Shown here piece by piece: positions 36,029 through 49,682 of a DNA stretch of 64,000 nucleotides (within the stretch, counting starts at the first letter, position 1; the number at the start of each line of letters is the position of its first letter). The position numbers and the translations under genes are program-made. Source of the stretch: Macrostomum lignano (lineage: Eukaryota). Below the pieces are notes generated by a model that saw nothing but the letters and a program-made list of their open reading frames with translations, was not told the DNA's origin and did not search any database. The DNA is taken from NCBI GenBank assembly GCA_002269645.1, contig NIVC01000860.1:62001-126000 (forward strand), in the 5' to 3' direction.

Positions 36029-39000
36029 TTACTTGCGCGACGTGGACGAAGCCGAGCGCAGTTCGCGGGAGCCTCTGGCGCTGTCGGCGCCTCTCCCGAG
36101 GCCGCTAGAGGCAGCGGCAGTCGCTGTGTCGACGTCCCAGCGTTCCAGCTCGGCGCGCATCAGCTCCTCGGCGCGTCGGCTCCGTTCAGCCTCGTCGCTG
36201 CCGGCCCCCTCCATGCCAGACAGAGCGTCCAGCACGCGGGTCATCGCCTCGCGTCGGCGCAGCTTGGCCCGCTCCATCAGCTCCAGCTTGAGCAGTACGG
36301 AGTCGATCTTCTGGACAATGTCGCCGATGCTCATCTCGACGCGGTCGACACGTTTAACCAAGACCTGCAAGGGTGACAATAGTAAGAGACCACCCGCTTT
36401 GAGCACTGCCGCGAATCGATGTGACAGTCGTGAAGGCACTCTGGAATAGAAATGAAATATCATGGAACCTACCTGGAATTCAGCAGGGCTGACTAGCTTG
36501 CGTCCTCCGCCGCGGCCGCGACCTCCTCCACCAGAAGTCCGGGTTGAAGCCGCGGTAGCAGCAGCCGGCAGAGCGTCTCCGTCGGCTTCCATTTCGTCCT
36601 CATCGTCGGGCTCAAGTTCTTCGTTCGCAGCTTGTTTGCTGTTAATCATCTGGTCGAGGTTTTCCTGGATTTTGGTAGACAAATGAGTGCATCTTATCGG
36701 CTTAAGTCAAAGAAGCTGGGTGCAAGTTAAAACATTTTCCTGACTTAATTTGTAAACTTACACGCTGTCCCTCAAGCTCGAGGTGCATCTGACGCTGCTC
36801 CTCTTCATTGAGGACCCGATCTCCGTCCAGATCGAACTTGGCAAAGAGTGCTTCAATCTCGCCGTCAGCGTAACCGCGTCTACAATTTTTTTTTTCATAG
36901 CGCACAGTGACTTCGCAAAACTTAGCATCTCTTAAAAAACATCTACAAAAATATCCAGCCATACTTTTAAAAATGTGACCCATATACCAGGCGATCCTTT
37001 TACCAGGTGACCGTTTTACCAGGTAATTCTTGTACCAGGTGACCGTTTTACCGGGTGACCGTTTTTCCAGGTGACCCTTTTACCAGTTGACCGTTTTACC
37101 AGGTGACCCTTTTACCAGGTGACCCTTTTACCAGGTGACCGGTTTCCCAGGTGACCCTTTTACCAGGTGACCCTTTTACCAGGTGACCCTTTTACCAGGT
37201 GACCGTTTTACCAGGTGACCCTTCTACCAGGTGACCCTTTTACCAGGTGATCCTTTTACCAGGTGACCCTTTTACCAGGTGATCCTTTTACCAGGTGACC
37301 CTTTTACCAGGTGACCCTTTTACCAGGTGACCCTTTTACCAAGTGACCGTTTTACCAGGTGACCCTTTTACCAGGTGACCCTTTTACCAAGTGACCCTTT
37401 TACCAGGTGACCCTTTTACTTCTAGTTGGTAACACTTCTGGGTAAAATTATATAGCTCATATATTGAATATAGAGTTTGCTCACTGTTTCAGCTCAGCCC
37501 TCCACTCCTCAAAGTCCAGCTGCTTGTCATTGTTGAGATCGGCCGATTGAATGGCCTTCTGAATGTCGACAATCTTGTCGCGACGCAAATTCAATTTCGA
37601 CAGCATCCGACTGGCCCTCTGCTTGAAATAGTCGGTCATTTCGAATTCGTTCTGCTGCATTGACAGGTCAGACTTCACCTGGCTGTAGGTGTCGTTGATG
37701 ATGGCCAGGAACATGTTGATCAGCACGAAGAAGACGAAGAACACATACAGGATGAAGAAGATCGGTCCCAGTACGCGATTGGCAGTTTGCAGCGAGTTGA
37801 AATCGAAGTCGCCCAAGATGATGCGGAACAGGGTGAACACCGACTGCTGGAACTCGCGGAAGTCTTTCACCTGGGTGCCGAAGATCAGGTAGCCCAGCTG
37901 GGCGAAGGCGAAGAACACAATGAAAAACATGATAGCAAAGCCCATCAGATCCTTGGCGCAGGCGCCCAGAGTGGAGCTGAGCTGCGTCATGGTCTTGTTG
38001 AAGCTGATGTACTTGAAGATCTTCACCCAGGCGAAGAACACCGTGATGGCAATGCCGTGGTTGAACTGCTGCTGCCAGTAGGACAGGAAGTCAAAGTCAG
38101 GAAAGTTATTCTCGTCTTGCAGCAGGGTGGTGAGCTTCTGGCCCACCGCGACGGTCCGGTAGACGTTAAACGCAGCACAAACAGTGCTGATGACAATGAC
38201 AAGGATGTCCAGACAGTTCCAGAAGCAGCGGAAGTAGCGCCACTTGTGCTTCTTGATCTCGAGGGCCTCCTCAACAATGTAGTAAAGGATGAAGAGCATG
38301 AAGACGCACTCGCAGGCTAAGATGAAGTAGTCCATGGGCTCAACGTAGCGCAGCAGCTTGACGGTACGCAGATCCCAGGTGGGTAGACAGCCACCTGTAC
38401 ATTAAATGCGACAGAGCACAGTTTGTATGATCAAACCGAGTGATATTGTCGTAGATTAATTGCTGTTTCTCTATTTGGAAGCCGAATCGTTTGTTAAGGA
38501 CATTCTGCAGTATTTTTGCTAAAATCGCCTACGCTAGGGGTTCGGAAAAGTCCGGCCCGCAAAGCCTCTCCGGCCCGCAAAGCCTCTCCGGCCCGCAAAG
38601 CCTCTCCGGCCCGCAAAGCCTCTCCGGCCCGCAAAGCCTCTCCGGCCCGCAAAGCCTCTCCGGCCCGCAAAGCCTCTCCGGCCCGCAAAGCCTCTCCGGC
38701 CCGCAAAGCCTCTCCGGCCCGCAAAGCCTCTCCGGCCCGCAAAGCCTCTCCGGCCCGAAAAGCCTCTCCGGCCCGCAAAGCCTCTCCGGCCCTCAGATCC
38801 TTTAAAGCTTCACAATCGCAATCCGGCGCGCTGGAGGTTTGTGTCTCTTCTCATCTCCACTCGCCTCCTCTTCTCTCCTCTCTCCTGTCGTCTCTCCTCT
38901 CCTCTTCTCTCATCTCCTCTCTCCTCTCCTCCCCTCTCTCCTATATCTTCTCCTCTCCTCTCCCCTCTCATCTCCTCTCCTCTCTTCTTTCCTCTCCTCT

Positions 39001-41755
39001 CCTCCCCTCTCTCCTATTTCTTCTCCTCTCCTCTCCCCTCTCCTCTCTCCTCTCCTCTCCTCTCCTCTCTTTTTTCCTCTCCTCTCCTCTCCTCTCCTCT
39101 CTCCTTTCCTCTCCTCTCCTCTCCTCTCCTCTCCTCTCTCCTTTCCTCTCCTCTCCTCTCCTCTCCTCTCCTCTCTCCTTTCCTCTCCGCTCCTCTCCTC
39201 TCCTCTCCTCTCTCCTTTCCTCTCCTCTCCTCTCCTCTCCTCTCCTCTCTCCTTTCCTCTCCGCTCCTCTCCTCTCCTCACTCCTCTCTCCTCTCCTCTT
39301 CTATCTGATCCTTTTTCCTCTCCTCTCTAGACTCCTCTCCTTTCCTTTCCTTTCCTCTCTCTCTTTCCTCTTCCTCCTTTCCTTCCTCCTCGATTCCTTG
39401 TTAGGAAGCCCCTTAGTGAAGCATGGTCAATGAAGGATTTTATTCCCTGTCAGGTCTAAGCAACAATTTTTGCGTCGTTTGCCCTCTCTCCCTGGGAAAC
39501 AATCAGCTCACCCGTAGCCATGAACTCCGTGACCAGCCGGATGACGCAGAACAAGTTGATGTTGGCATTGTAGAGCGTGAAGTCGATGAAGACGGCCCTG
39601 GTGCCGCGGTTCACCCACAGCTTGCTGTAGAGCTCCTTGAGAATGGCCTGCGTCGTGGCCTTGTCTCGGGATAGTTCAACAGCGAAGCCGCCGCCGTCGT
39701 AGGACGAAATTTCGGCGTTGTGCGACCGGCCGTCGAGCTGCTCCTCGCTGCGGTACTGCCAGGCTGTGCTGTTGCCGAGGCCGAAGCTGCTCTTGTCAGT
39801 GACGCCGTAGCTGTACTTGGCGTAGCAGGTGGAGATTTTGCCCTGAAAGTAGGACGCGATGTTGCAGGACTGGTTGCTGACTCGAAGCTGACGGAGGCGT
39901 GGAACTCCGAGCAATTTGTTCTCGTAGTAGATGAAGTTCTTCTCGCGCGGATCCGAGAAATTGGCGCTGTTGTACCAGGTGTCCCAGTACAGGCCGTTCA
40001 TCAGCGGGCCGTTCACGAACTGCGGTTGTTAAAGTACATTTAAACTACTTTTCGGCCATGCACTCGAACAAATACAAAAGACCGAATCTTAGACATAACT
40101 TTTTGGTTTCTCGACGCAAAATAAAAAGGACGTTCTACATCAGATGTCGGCAGGCAAAACTTTTTTAGAAGAACCTATCGCATGACTGCGGACCAGAGGA
40201 GGGGAGAACTGAGAGAGATAAGCAACAGAGAGATGAGAGGCGAGAGGCGATGCGAAAAGAGAGGAGGGGAGAGGAGGGGAGAGAGGAGAAGAGACAGGAG
40301 ACAGGAGAAAGGAGAGAGGAGAGAGGAGAGAGGAGAGAGAAGAGAGGAGAGAGAAGAGAGGAGAGGGAAGAGAGGAGAGAGTAGAAGAGAGAGGAGACGA
40401 GAGAGGAGAGAGGAGAGAGGAGAGGGAAGTGAGAAGAGAGGAGAGAGGAGAGGAGACAGGAGAGGAGACAGGAGACAGGAGAAAAGAGGGAGGAGAGAGG
40501 AGAGAGGAGAGGGAAGTGAGAAGAGAGGAGAGAGGAGAGGAGACAGGAGAGGAGACAGGAGACAGGAGAAAAGAGGGAGGAGAGAGGAGAGAGGAGAGGG
40601 AAGTGAGAAGAGAGGAGAGAGGAGAGGAGACAGGAGAGGAGACAGGAGACAGGAGAAAAGAGGGAGGAGAGAGGAGAGAGGAGAGGGAAGAGAGGAGAGA
40701 GGAGAGAGGAGAGAGGAGAGAGGTGAGAGGAGAGGGAAGAGAGGAGAGAGGAGAGAGAGAGACGAGAGGAGAGGAGGCGAAGGGAGCTGAGAAGACACGA
40801 ACCTTGAGCAGGCCGGATTGCTATTGTGAGTTTCAAAGGACGCCATGGCCGGATAGAGAGGCTTCGCGGGCCGCATATGGCCCACGGTCCGGAGTCTGCC
40901 AACCCCATGCAGTTCTACATGTATAGATTTTGTCTTTATAAGTTTTGGCAAATTTCAAAATTTTCTTTAAAAAAAGGGTCAAAGAAAACCAAACCTCTAA
41001 ATATTCAGAAGGGCTTTTCATCACTTATCACCAAAAAGGCGATCTAGTTTTACTGCCACAATGCCGATAAAAATTGATTCTGAAGCAACCCGGAAAGACT
41101 CACGCTCCACCAGTCGCCCATATTTCCAACGCTGCGATAATTGTTAGTGGTGTTTTCAATTTTGGTGTCCAGAAAGAGGTCGCTCAGCACCTTCGTGTAA
41201 TAGTACATTGTGCTGCTGGTCATCCCGAAGGTAACTGCAATTAGCGGTAGCGTTAAAATGAAAGCTGTAGTGTCACAGGGACTCTTTTCACTAACGGTAA
41301 TAAAACTTACTGATCATGAGCACAATGATGAAGATGCAATAGATGATTAGCTCCCGCAGAGTGGTCTTGATGTACAGCTCTCGGTCCTCTTTAGTGTCCT
41401 GCGTGTCTCGAGTTCGCCATATCGCTGCAAAATTTTTAGAGGGGGGACAGAGCATAAAATATTTAATTTTAATAGAGCCGCCATACATGCTAAATTTGAT
41501 TTACAAGCCCCACTCACACTGTAGGCCGTGCTTGCAGGACTTCAGGCAGCCGCAGCCGCTCTTGCCATCGCCGTCGCCGTCTTTGCCATCGGCGTCGAGC
41601 TGACGATGCCCTCCGGCGCTTTGGCCTCGAACGGCGATCGGTTCGGTGTCCAAGACGTTCGGGTTCTCGAGTCCAGTCTCCCAGGCCTGCATCGTGCTCG
41701 ATCGGCCGGTGGACGGCCTCGACATTGGTGGCTCGTTTGCTTGGGCAGTCGCCAT
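36029..41755 (-). CDS. PKD2: Polycystin-2 / TRPP cation channel, 8 exons, 848 aa
   Basis: Exons 41755-41518, 41424-41311, 41234-41104, 40019-39512, 38394-37485, 36879-36762, 36664-36473, 36364-36029, all GT-AG with consistent phases (2547 nt). Motifs [61 protein letters not shown]-hand, [17 protein letters not shown]. Confidence 0.95.
36985..37420. repeat. 16-bp minisatellite (ACCAGGTGACCCTTTT)n in PKD2 intron 5
   Basis: About 26 tandem copies. Confidence 0.95.
38535..39415 (+). mobile_element. hAT-like MITE, copy A, with an amplified 18-mer and a (CTCCT)n tract, in PKD2 intron 4
   Basis: Starts TAGGGGTTCGG; (GGCCCGCAAAGCCTCTCC)x~13; shared segment TCCGGCCCTC...CCTTT...ACAAT.GCAATCCGG...GGTTTGTGTCT; about 550-bp pyrimidine tract; ends GAAGCCCCTTAG. 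Confidence 0.6.
40140..40910 (-). mobile_element. hAT-like MITE, copy B (inverted), with a (GAGAG)n tract, in PKD2 intron 3
   Basis: Minus strand GGGGTTGGCAGACTCCGGACCGTGGGCCATATGCGGCCCGCGAAGCCTCTCTATCCGGCC resembles hAT subterminal motifs and matches copies A and C. Confidence 0.6.
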
Positions 41756-42939
41756 TCTTAGTGCTCCTGTTCTCGGTTCAAGAAGAATTAATTTCCTCCG
41801 TGTAATCCTCCGGGTAAAATCCCAACCTTGGCTGCTTTTATGCCGGAATCCACAGGTAAACACACGGTGCGACACGCTCGCAAGCCCAGCCCTTACTCGG
41901 CAGGCCCATTCTGGACTGAGGAGGGGCCAGAGTTTCTCTCATCTCCATGACAACAATCGGATAAACAATAGAGAGAGAGGAGAGAAAATGAGATTCAGAG
42001 GTAGAGAGTTGAACGGGGGACGCACGGCTTTTGTTAGGATTCTCAAACAGCAGGAAGAAGTTCGTAGCGACCTGCGGCTAGTGGGAGAAAAGAGCATTTT
42101 AGAGGAAGTTTGACGAGCAAAGCGGGGGAAAGGGAGGGGACGCCGGGAACAGGGGGTGGGGACCTGGACCAATATTTGTCGTAGAAACTGGGTAAACACG
42201 CGAAGGATGAAGGCGAAGCAGCCCAGGCAGACTGAGCAGGGAGTATTGACTGATGGAGGCAGCAGCTGCTGCTTCAGCAAGACCTGCTCCACGGTTTTGG
42301 TCTCTTCCATCTCTGCCTATGGAGGGAAAACAATGGATTTCTGGCTTCGTGTGAAACAGCTGTGTAAAAGCTGGAAAATCGAAGCCCCCAAGCATTGATT
42401 GTTGCTGCTATTAGTGGACCAAACTGAGCACAGGTATAGCAGCTGATGTGGAGTGTATCGCGAAAGACTTTTGGTGCATTTAGTGCTTGCGTCCAAGCCC
42501 GCGCCGATTTCCATGCAATCACTTCGGATCTAAAAGCAAGATCTTATAAGTGATTTTCCTATAAGTGAGTACCTCTGAAAGTCATGTACTGTAAAGACGG
42601 CGTGGGTTGCACCACAAGACTATATTAAATCGTTACTGTTGTCCTCTTTGTAATGTTGCACTTTTAACGTTTTAAATACAATCGTTTCGGCTTCGTCTAT
42701 GGCCCAGCCCGATATCGGGCAGAGAATGGGCCATTTCTTAAGCAGTCTTGCCCGCAAAATCAAGCAAGAATAAGTTGCATGGCTGCTCTTATATGATTCG
42801 GATCTAAAAGCAAGAATAAAAGTTTCATGGCTGCTCTTGTGTGAAAATGAATGAACTTTTTAAGCCTCCCGATGTAGCAAGCGTTGAAGAGCCTTCAGTA
42901 AAGTTCTTCATCAATCGGTAAATTTAATTTAAAGGGACG

Positions 42940-44560
42940 TCCCCTGCCTCTCGGTGGGCGCCCGTCTCTTGGTGGGCGCCCCCTGTCTCTTGGTAAGCGC
43001 CCCTGTCTCTTGGTGGTGGCCCCCTGTCAATTGGTGGGTGCCCCTGTCCCTTGGTAAGCGCCCCTGTCTCTTGATGGGCGCCCCCTGTCAATTGGTGGGC
43101 GCCCCTGTCTCTTGATGCGCGCCCCTGTCAATTGATGGGTGCCCCTGTCTCTTGATGGGCACCCCCTGTCAATTGATAGGCGCCCTTGTCTCTTGGTAGG
43201 CGCCCCTGTCTCTTGATGCGCGCCCCTGTCAATTGATGGGTGCCCCTGTCTCTTGATGGGCACCCCCTGTCAATTGATAGGCGCCCTTGTCTCTTGGTAG
43301 GCGCCCCTGTCTCTTGGTGGGCGCCCTTTCTCTTGATGGGCGCCCCCTGTCAATTGGTGGGTGCCCCTGTCTCTTGGTGGGCGCCCCTGTCTCTTGGTGG
43401 GCGCCCCTGTCTCTTGGTAGGCGCCCTTGTCTCTTGGTGGGCGCCCCTGTCTCTTGGTAGGCGCCCTTGTCTCTTGGTGGGCGCCCCTGTCTCTTGGTAG
43501 GCGCCCTTGTCTCTTGGTGGGCGCCACCTGTCAATTGGTGGGTGCCCCCTGTCCCTTGGTAAGCGCCCCTGTCTCTTGGTAAGCGCCCCTGTCTCTTGAT
43601 GGGCGCCCCCTGTCAATTGGTGGGTGCCCCCTGTCCCTTGGTAAGCGCCCCTGTCTTTTGGTAAGCGCCCCTGTCTCTTGGTAGGCGCCCCTGTCTCTTG
43701 GTAGGCGCCCCTGTCTCTTGGTAGGCGCCCCTGTCTCTTGGTAGGCGGCCCTGTCTCTTGGTAAGGGCCCTTTCTCTTGATGGGCGCCCCCTGTCAATTG
43801 GTAAGCGCCCCTGTCTCTTGATGGGCGCCCCTGTCAATTGGTAAGCGCCCCCGTCTCTTGATGGGCGCCCCCTGTCAATTGGTGGGCGCCCTTGTCTCTT
43901 GGTGGGCGCCCCTGTCTCTTGGTAAGCGCCCCTGTCTCTTGGTAAGCGCCCCTGTCTCTTGGTAGGCGCCCCTGTCTCTTGGTAAGGGCCCTTTCTCTTG
44001 ATGGGCGCCCCCTGTCAATTGGTGGGCGCCCCTGTCTCTTAATGCGCGCCCCTGTCAATTGGTGGGTGCCCCTGTCTCTTGATGGGCGCCCCCTGTCAAT
44101 TGGTGGGCGCCCCTGTCTCTTGGTGGGCGCCCTTGTCTCTTGGTAGACGCCCCTGTCTCTTGGTAAGGGCCCTTTCTCTTGATGGGCGCCCCCTGTCAAT
44201 TGGTGGACGCCCCTGTCTCTTGGTGGGCGCCCCTGTCTCTTGGTGGGCGCCCCCTGTCAATTGGTGGGCGCCCTTGTCTCTTGGTGGGCGCCCCTGTCTC
44301 TTGGTAAGCGCCCCTGTCTCTTGGTAAGCGCCCCTGTCTCTTGGTAGGCGCCCCTGTCTCTTGGTAAGGGCCCTTTCTCTTGATGGGCGCCCCCTGTCAA
44401 TTGGTGGGCGCCCCTGTCTCTTGGTGGGCGCCCTTGTCTCTTGGTAGACGCCCCTGTCTCTTGGTAAGGGCCCTTTCTCTTGATGGGCGCCCCCTGTCAA
44501 TTGGTGGACGCCCCTGTCTCTTGGTGAGTAGTCCTTGGGTGGGCACCCCCTGTCTCCTAT
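42940..44560. repeat. 20-bp minisatellite (CTCTTGGTGGGCGCCCCTGT)n with AATT-variant units
   Basis: About 80 units in higher-order blocks. Confidence 0.97.
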
Positions 44561-45801
44561 CTGGGCGCCCCTATTACCTTGGTAGGTGTCCCCACCCCTG
44601 TCTCCAAGGCCTGTGGATGCCCCGTCCAGGAGGTGACAAAGTTGTTGAAACCATGTTATTTATCAAGCTTGATTGCCTGTTTCAGTTAGTTTTTGGAAGA
44701 ATGAATTTTTGTCAAGCTGCTTTTGGAGTACTGCTCTGGACCGGCTCAACCGCATGGAGACCCCAGAAACCGATAAAAAGTGGCATGGTAACGAAGCCTT
44801 CGGATTGGTTGCATACCCTGCTGTACCGTAATTTTGTCGAAGCAGCCATAGACAGTACGTTGTGGTGTCAAAGGATCTCTGATAGCTTGTAACATCATTT
44901 ACTAGCACCTGTGTAGATAAAGGAATTCTTAGGACCCCGGATATTAACCTGGAACTAATTTTAACTTAGAACACAAGGCAAAAGCGTGCACATTACTGCT
45001 TGTCTCTGTTCTATAAAAGTACAGAGTTTTGCTATCATTTAAAAATGAGTCATAAAACAAAGAAGTCAGAATTTTCTCTTTCTGAAACATTTCTCAGAAA
45101 AAATGAAAAAAACAAATATTCAAGAATAATAAATGATTAAGACACATATATTCAGCCGATTTTTGTTAAGACTCAAACAGTAAACGCATATTTAAGTTTG
45201 TCTTTAAAATTTTGTATAAAACTTGTCAGAAAAAAAGTGTGCAAGACGAAGCATGGGCACTAAAAGCCATAACATGCATTGCACTTGATAATAAATAACA
45301 CAGAAATTAAATAGTTTGTTAGTTAATTATCTCAAAATGTGTCATTAATATTGTTCAGCATTGTTTCTAAGAAACAACAATCAATGCCGTTTGTTTAAAA
45401 ATCACTCACGAAATTTAAACAAATTATTATTAGAAAATCTAGAAGACTCGAGGACAAGGCAATTTGTCTGTAGAGGTGCTACTGAATCACAAAATAAATT
45501 TTTATGGCTTGGTAAAACAAAACTTTTGTAAATTTTTGAAATAAATGTAATTACAAACATAATAGAATTTATCTAAATTAGTAATATTAATTGCTCAGTG
45601 TATGCATAGTGTCGTATAGACAAATTTAACACTAAAATATGTCAACAGTATTGCAGAACAACAGAGAATAAATATGAAAAGATATGAAAATTTCTGATTG
45701 AAAAAAAATATAGATAAAAACTTCGAGATTCGAAATTGCAAGTTATATTTTGTTCCCATGCACTACTAACACCAAGTAGAGTCGATTGCATTTTATACAG
45801 T

Positions 45802-48800
45802 TCAATTTTCGCCAATAAGAGCCAGCAAAATTTTGCAGTAATCCCCGCTTGTGTCGTCCTTGATCCACTGGGCCAAACTCTGGCCGAATTCTTTCTGGAA
45901 GGCGTCCTTGATCTGCACCATGTCCACCTCGCAGCGGCTGATAATAATGCGCAGGAGGGTGCGGTCGTCCGTGCCTGTGGGTTCCAGTGAGATCGGCTGT
46001 GCACCCTGCATCAATCCAGACTCCCTGCATCAATCCAGGCACCCTACACCAATCCAGGCACCCTGCATCAATCCAGGCACCCTACATCAATCCAGACTTC
46101 CTGCATCAATCCAGGCACCCTACATCAATCCAGGCGCCCTAAATCAATCCAGACTCCCTGCATCAATCCAGGCACCCTACATCAATCTAGGCACCCTACA
46201 TCAATCCAGGCACCCTGCGTCAATCCAGACTCCCTGCATCAATCCAGGCACCCTGCGTCAATCCAGACTCCCTACATCAATCTAGGCACCCTACATCAAT
46301 CCAGACTCCCTGCATCAATCCAGGCACCCTGCGTCAATCCAGACTCCCTGCATCAATCCAGGCACCCTGCGTCAATCCAGACTCCCTACATCAATCTAGG
46401 CACCCTACATCAATCCAGACTCCCTGCATCAATCCAGGCACCCTGCGTCAATCCAGACTCCCTGCATCAATCCAGGCACCCTACACCAATCCAGGCACCC
46501 TGCATCAATCCAGGCACCCTACATCAATCTAGGCACCCTACATCAATCCAGGCACCCTACATCAATCCAGACTTCCTACATCAATCCAGGCACCCTACAT
46601 CAATCCAGGCACCCTACATCAATCTAGGCACCCTACATCAATCCAGGCACCCTACATCAATCCAGACTTCCTACATCAATCCAGGCACCCTACATCAATC
46701 TAGGCACCCTACATCAATCCAGACTCCCTGCATCAATCCAGGCACCCTACATCAATCCAGGCGCCCTAAATCAATCCAGACTCCCTGCATCAATCCAGGC
46801 ACCCTACATCAATCCAGGCACCCTACATCAATCCAGACTTCCTGCATCAATCCAGGCACCCTACATCAATCCAGGCGCCCTAAATCAATCCAGACTCCCT
46901 GCATCAATCCAGGCACCCTACATCAATCCAGGCACCCTACATCAATCCAGGCACCCTACATCAATCCAGACTCCCTGCATCAATCCAGGCACCCTACATC
47001 AATCCAGGCGCCCTAAATCAATCCAGACTCCCTGCATCAATCCAGGCACCCTACATCAATCCAGACTTCCTGCATCAATCCAGGCACCCTACATCAATCC
47101 AGGCGCCCTAAATCAATCCAGACTCCCTGCATCAATCCAGGCACCCTACATCAATCCAGGCACCCTACATCAATCCAGACTCCCTGCATCAATCCAGACA
47201 CCCTGCGTCAATCCAGGCACCCTGAATCAATCCAGGCACTCTACATCAATCCAGACTCCCTGCATCAATTCATGCACCCTGCATCAATACAGGTACACAA
47301 AAGTACCAATCTAGGCACTTGGTACTGATATCCAGGCACTCACCCAGTCCTTTCATGGACTTTTGCAGCGCCTTGGCAAAGTAGGCTGGCTTATTCTGCA
47401 CGCATCTGATGAGAGTCAGCATCGCTTTGAGCAGGTCGCCCGACATCTCCGACTTCAAGGAATCCTCCAGCGTCTTGCCAGTGAGGCTCTCGTACTCGGC
47501 GAACACCGCCCGCAGGTGGGCATTGTTGTTGCCGCAGAGGATCTCATTAAATTTGCTCTCGTCGGTGCCCCACTTGCCAATGCCGGCCTCCTGCAGGGCC
47601 TGGGCGTCCTTCTTGGCCTGCACGGGGTCGAAGGAGCTGCCCTCGGGCCGGGCGCCAGTCAGCAGCGACACCAGAATGCGCTTGAAGTGGCCGGAGGTCT
47701 CCGACATCACGTCCTCCTCGAGGTCGCGATTGTACACTGCAAAGAGACGGAAGTTGACCGATCAGTTGTCAATCGAGACTAAGACCTGATCACTTCGACA
47801 CCTAAAGTACATCGCGTACGAAGAACAAAATAAAGCAGTGCGCTCACTGTTGTGGTAGATTTTCTTCACCTCCTGCACCTGGGCTTGGGTTCTGGTGCAG
47901 ATGACCTCGATCAGGCAGTCCTCGTCCGTGCCGAGGCCTTTCATAGCCGCGCGCAGCTCCATAGCGTCGTACTCGGCCGCGCCCAGGCACAAGTTCTGGC
48001 AGATTTTGTTGAAGTTGCCGCTCAACTCGCTATCCAAATCAGCTTTGAGATCCTTGCCGTACTTCATCTTGAAGGCGCGGACAATCTCCTGACGCTGAGA
48101 GACGGTCCGATGGCCCAGAACATTGATGATGCTCTCCTCGTTGGTGCCGAGGCCTTTCATGGCCTTACGCAGCTGCTCAGCGTCGGCGTTGGCGTTGAAG
48201 CTGTCGTAGGGCTTCAGCGTGCCCTCCTGGACGTACTCCTCCTGCTGGAAGTAGGCCTCGTCCACTGGCTTGGGCGGCTGCTCCTCCGGCGCCTTCAACT
48301 TGATGGCGTCGGCCTTCTCGTGACTGGTCTGCTTGACCTCCGTCTCCATCTTGTGATTCGGCGGGGGCGTCGGGTTCCTGCGCCTCGGCGGCGGCGGAGT
48401 CGGCGCCTTCTTGGCTGGCGGCTGTTTCGGCTTCGGCGGCGGCTGCACCTTCGGCTCGCTCAACGGCTTCTTGTAGCCCGGCTTACCGATCTGCACCGTC
48501 AGCAGGTAGGAGTCGGTGGACTCGTCCAGCTCAGCTGAAATCACCTGCGTCAGGTCGGGTAGTCAGTCGGAGGAAGGGCGTGGTGAAAAAAACAACTTAA
48601 AAGCGTTGAAATGTGACTCCAGGACTCCAGGGTTGAAATGTGACCAGCACAAAATGGAATTCATAGGCAAAATGATCCCACTAGTACCAGTATGAAAATG
48701 TGGCATCAACCTGAAGTTCCTTTAACTCCAAGATAAACTTCAACGAAGTTTTAAAAGCTTTCCACAAATGCTGGGTGTAAATAATTGGTCTGAGGCTAAA

Positions 48801-49643
48801 ACGTTCCAACCTTTCCAAATTTTGGCCCGCCAACGGCCGCCTGAAAGTCGCCATCGGAGCGAGCGTACTGGAGCAGGTGAGCGTAGACGTGCTGCAGCTG
48901 CTTCTTGAAGTCGCCGTCTCCTTTGCTGACGGGCAGGCAGGCTGGGTCAGCTGACACGGGCTGCTGCGGAGGCTGCGAAGGCTGCTGCTTCTTTTTGTCT
49001 TCAACCAGCCGGCGAATGTCCTGCAGCGTGCTCTGTCGAGTTTCGTCCATGCGTTGGCTCAGCTGAGCAGCGATAAGGTTGAGCTGCTGCGGCGTCACTC
49101 CCTGCGGCGTGGCAGATTAGATTATCATAATCATAATTATTTCCCTAAATATTACAGGGAAATACAGCTGGTATTTACACAGCTCGGAGCTCTCCTAGAT
49201 GCCATTGATTTTGTCTTTTGAATTAAAAACACCTGTGTAACAGTGCAAAGATGATTCTTACCTGATCCGGAGCAGGCAGCGCCGGCTGCGGCTGTTGCTG
49301 TTGCACCTGCGGTGCGAAGCCGCCCCTGAAGTTGACATTGTTCGGCGTGCGCACCTCCCAGCCCATCAAGCCGCCGGCTGGGCCGCCGAAGCCGCCACCG
49401 CCTGTTCCGGCGCCTGGTGGCCCGCCGCCGTACAGATTGATCTGCGTGCCGGAGTGATTGACCGCGGCGAAGCCCTGATCTGGCGGGATGCCCAGCTCGT
49501 CCAGCGGCGACGGCTCGGCAGGCTTAGGAGGAGCGGCTTTGTCCCAGGCTCGGCGTCTGGAGCCGCCACCAGAGGCGCCTTTGCGGGTGCGCAGGCCGTC
49601 CTCAAGGTCGCTGTCCCAGCTGCGGGGTAGGGAAGTTCGAATG
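45802..49643 (-). CDS. Annexin with long N-terminal extension (5' end upstream, not resolved)
   Basis: Exons 49643-49262, 49101-48811, 48544-47848, 47736-47344, 45974-45802, GT-AG and phase-consistent. Four annexin repeats (KAMKGLGTNE, AAMKGLGTDE, AGIGKWGTDE, KSMKGLGTDD; SGDYCKILLALIG). Possible further exon at about 50626-50533. Confidence 0.92.
45998..47300. repeat. 20-bp minisatellite (CATCAATCCAGGCACCCTAC/G)n filling the last annexin intron
   Basis: About 65 tandem copies. Confidence 0.97.
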
Positions 49644-49682
49644 CTGGTGAGGAATCAGATAGCGCTTGTTGAAGTCTGTCTG

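Noticed and set aside
41939-42395. Minus-strand ORFs upstream of PKD2 as extra exons or a small gene
   Set aside because: No recognisable motif or consistent splice model; PKD2 already has a plausible start at 41755.
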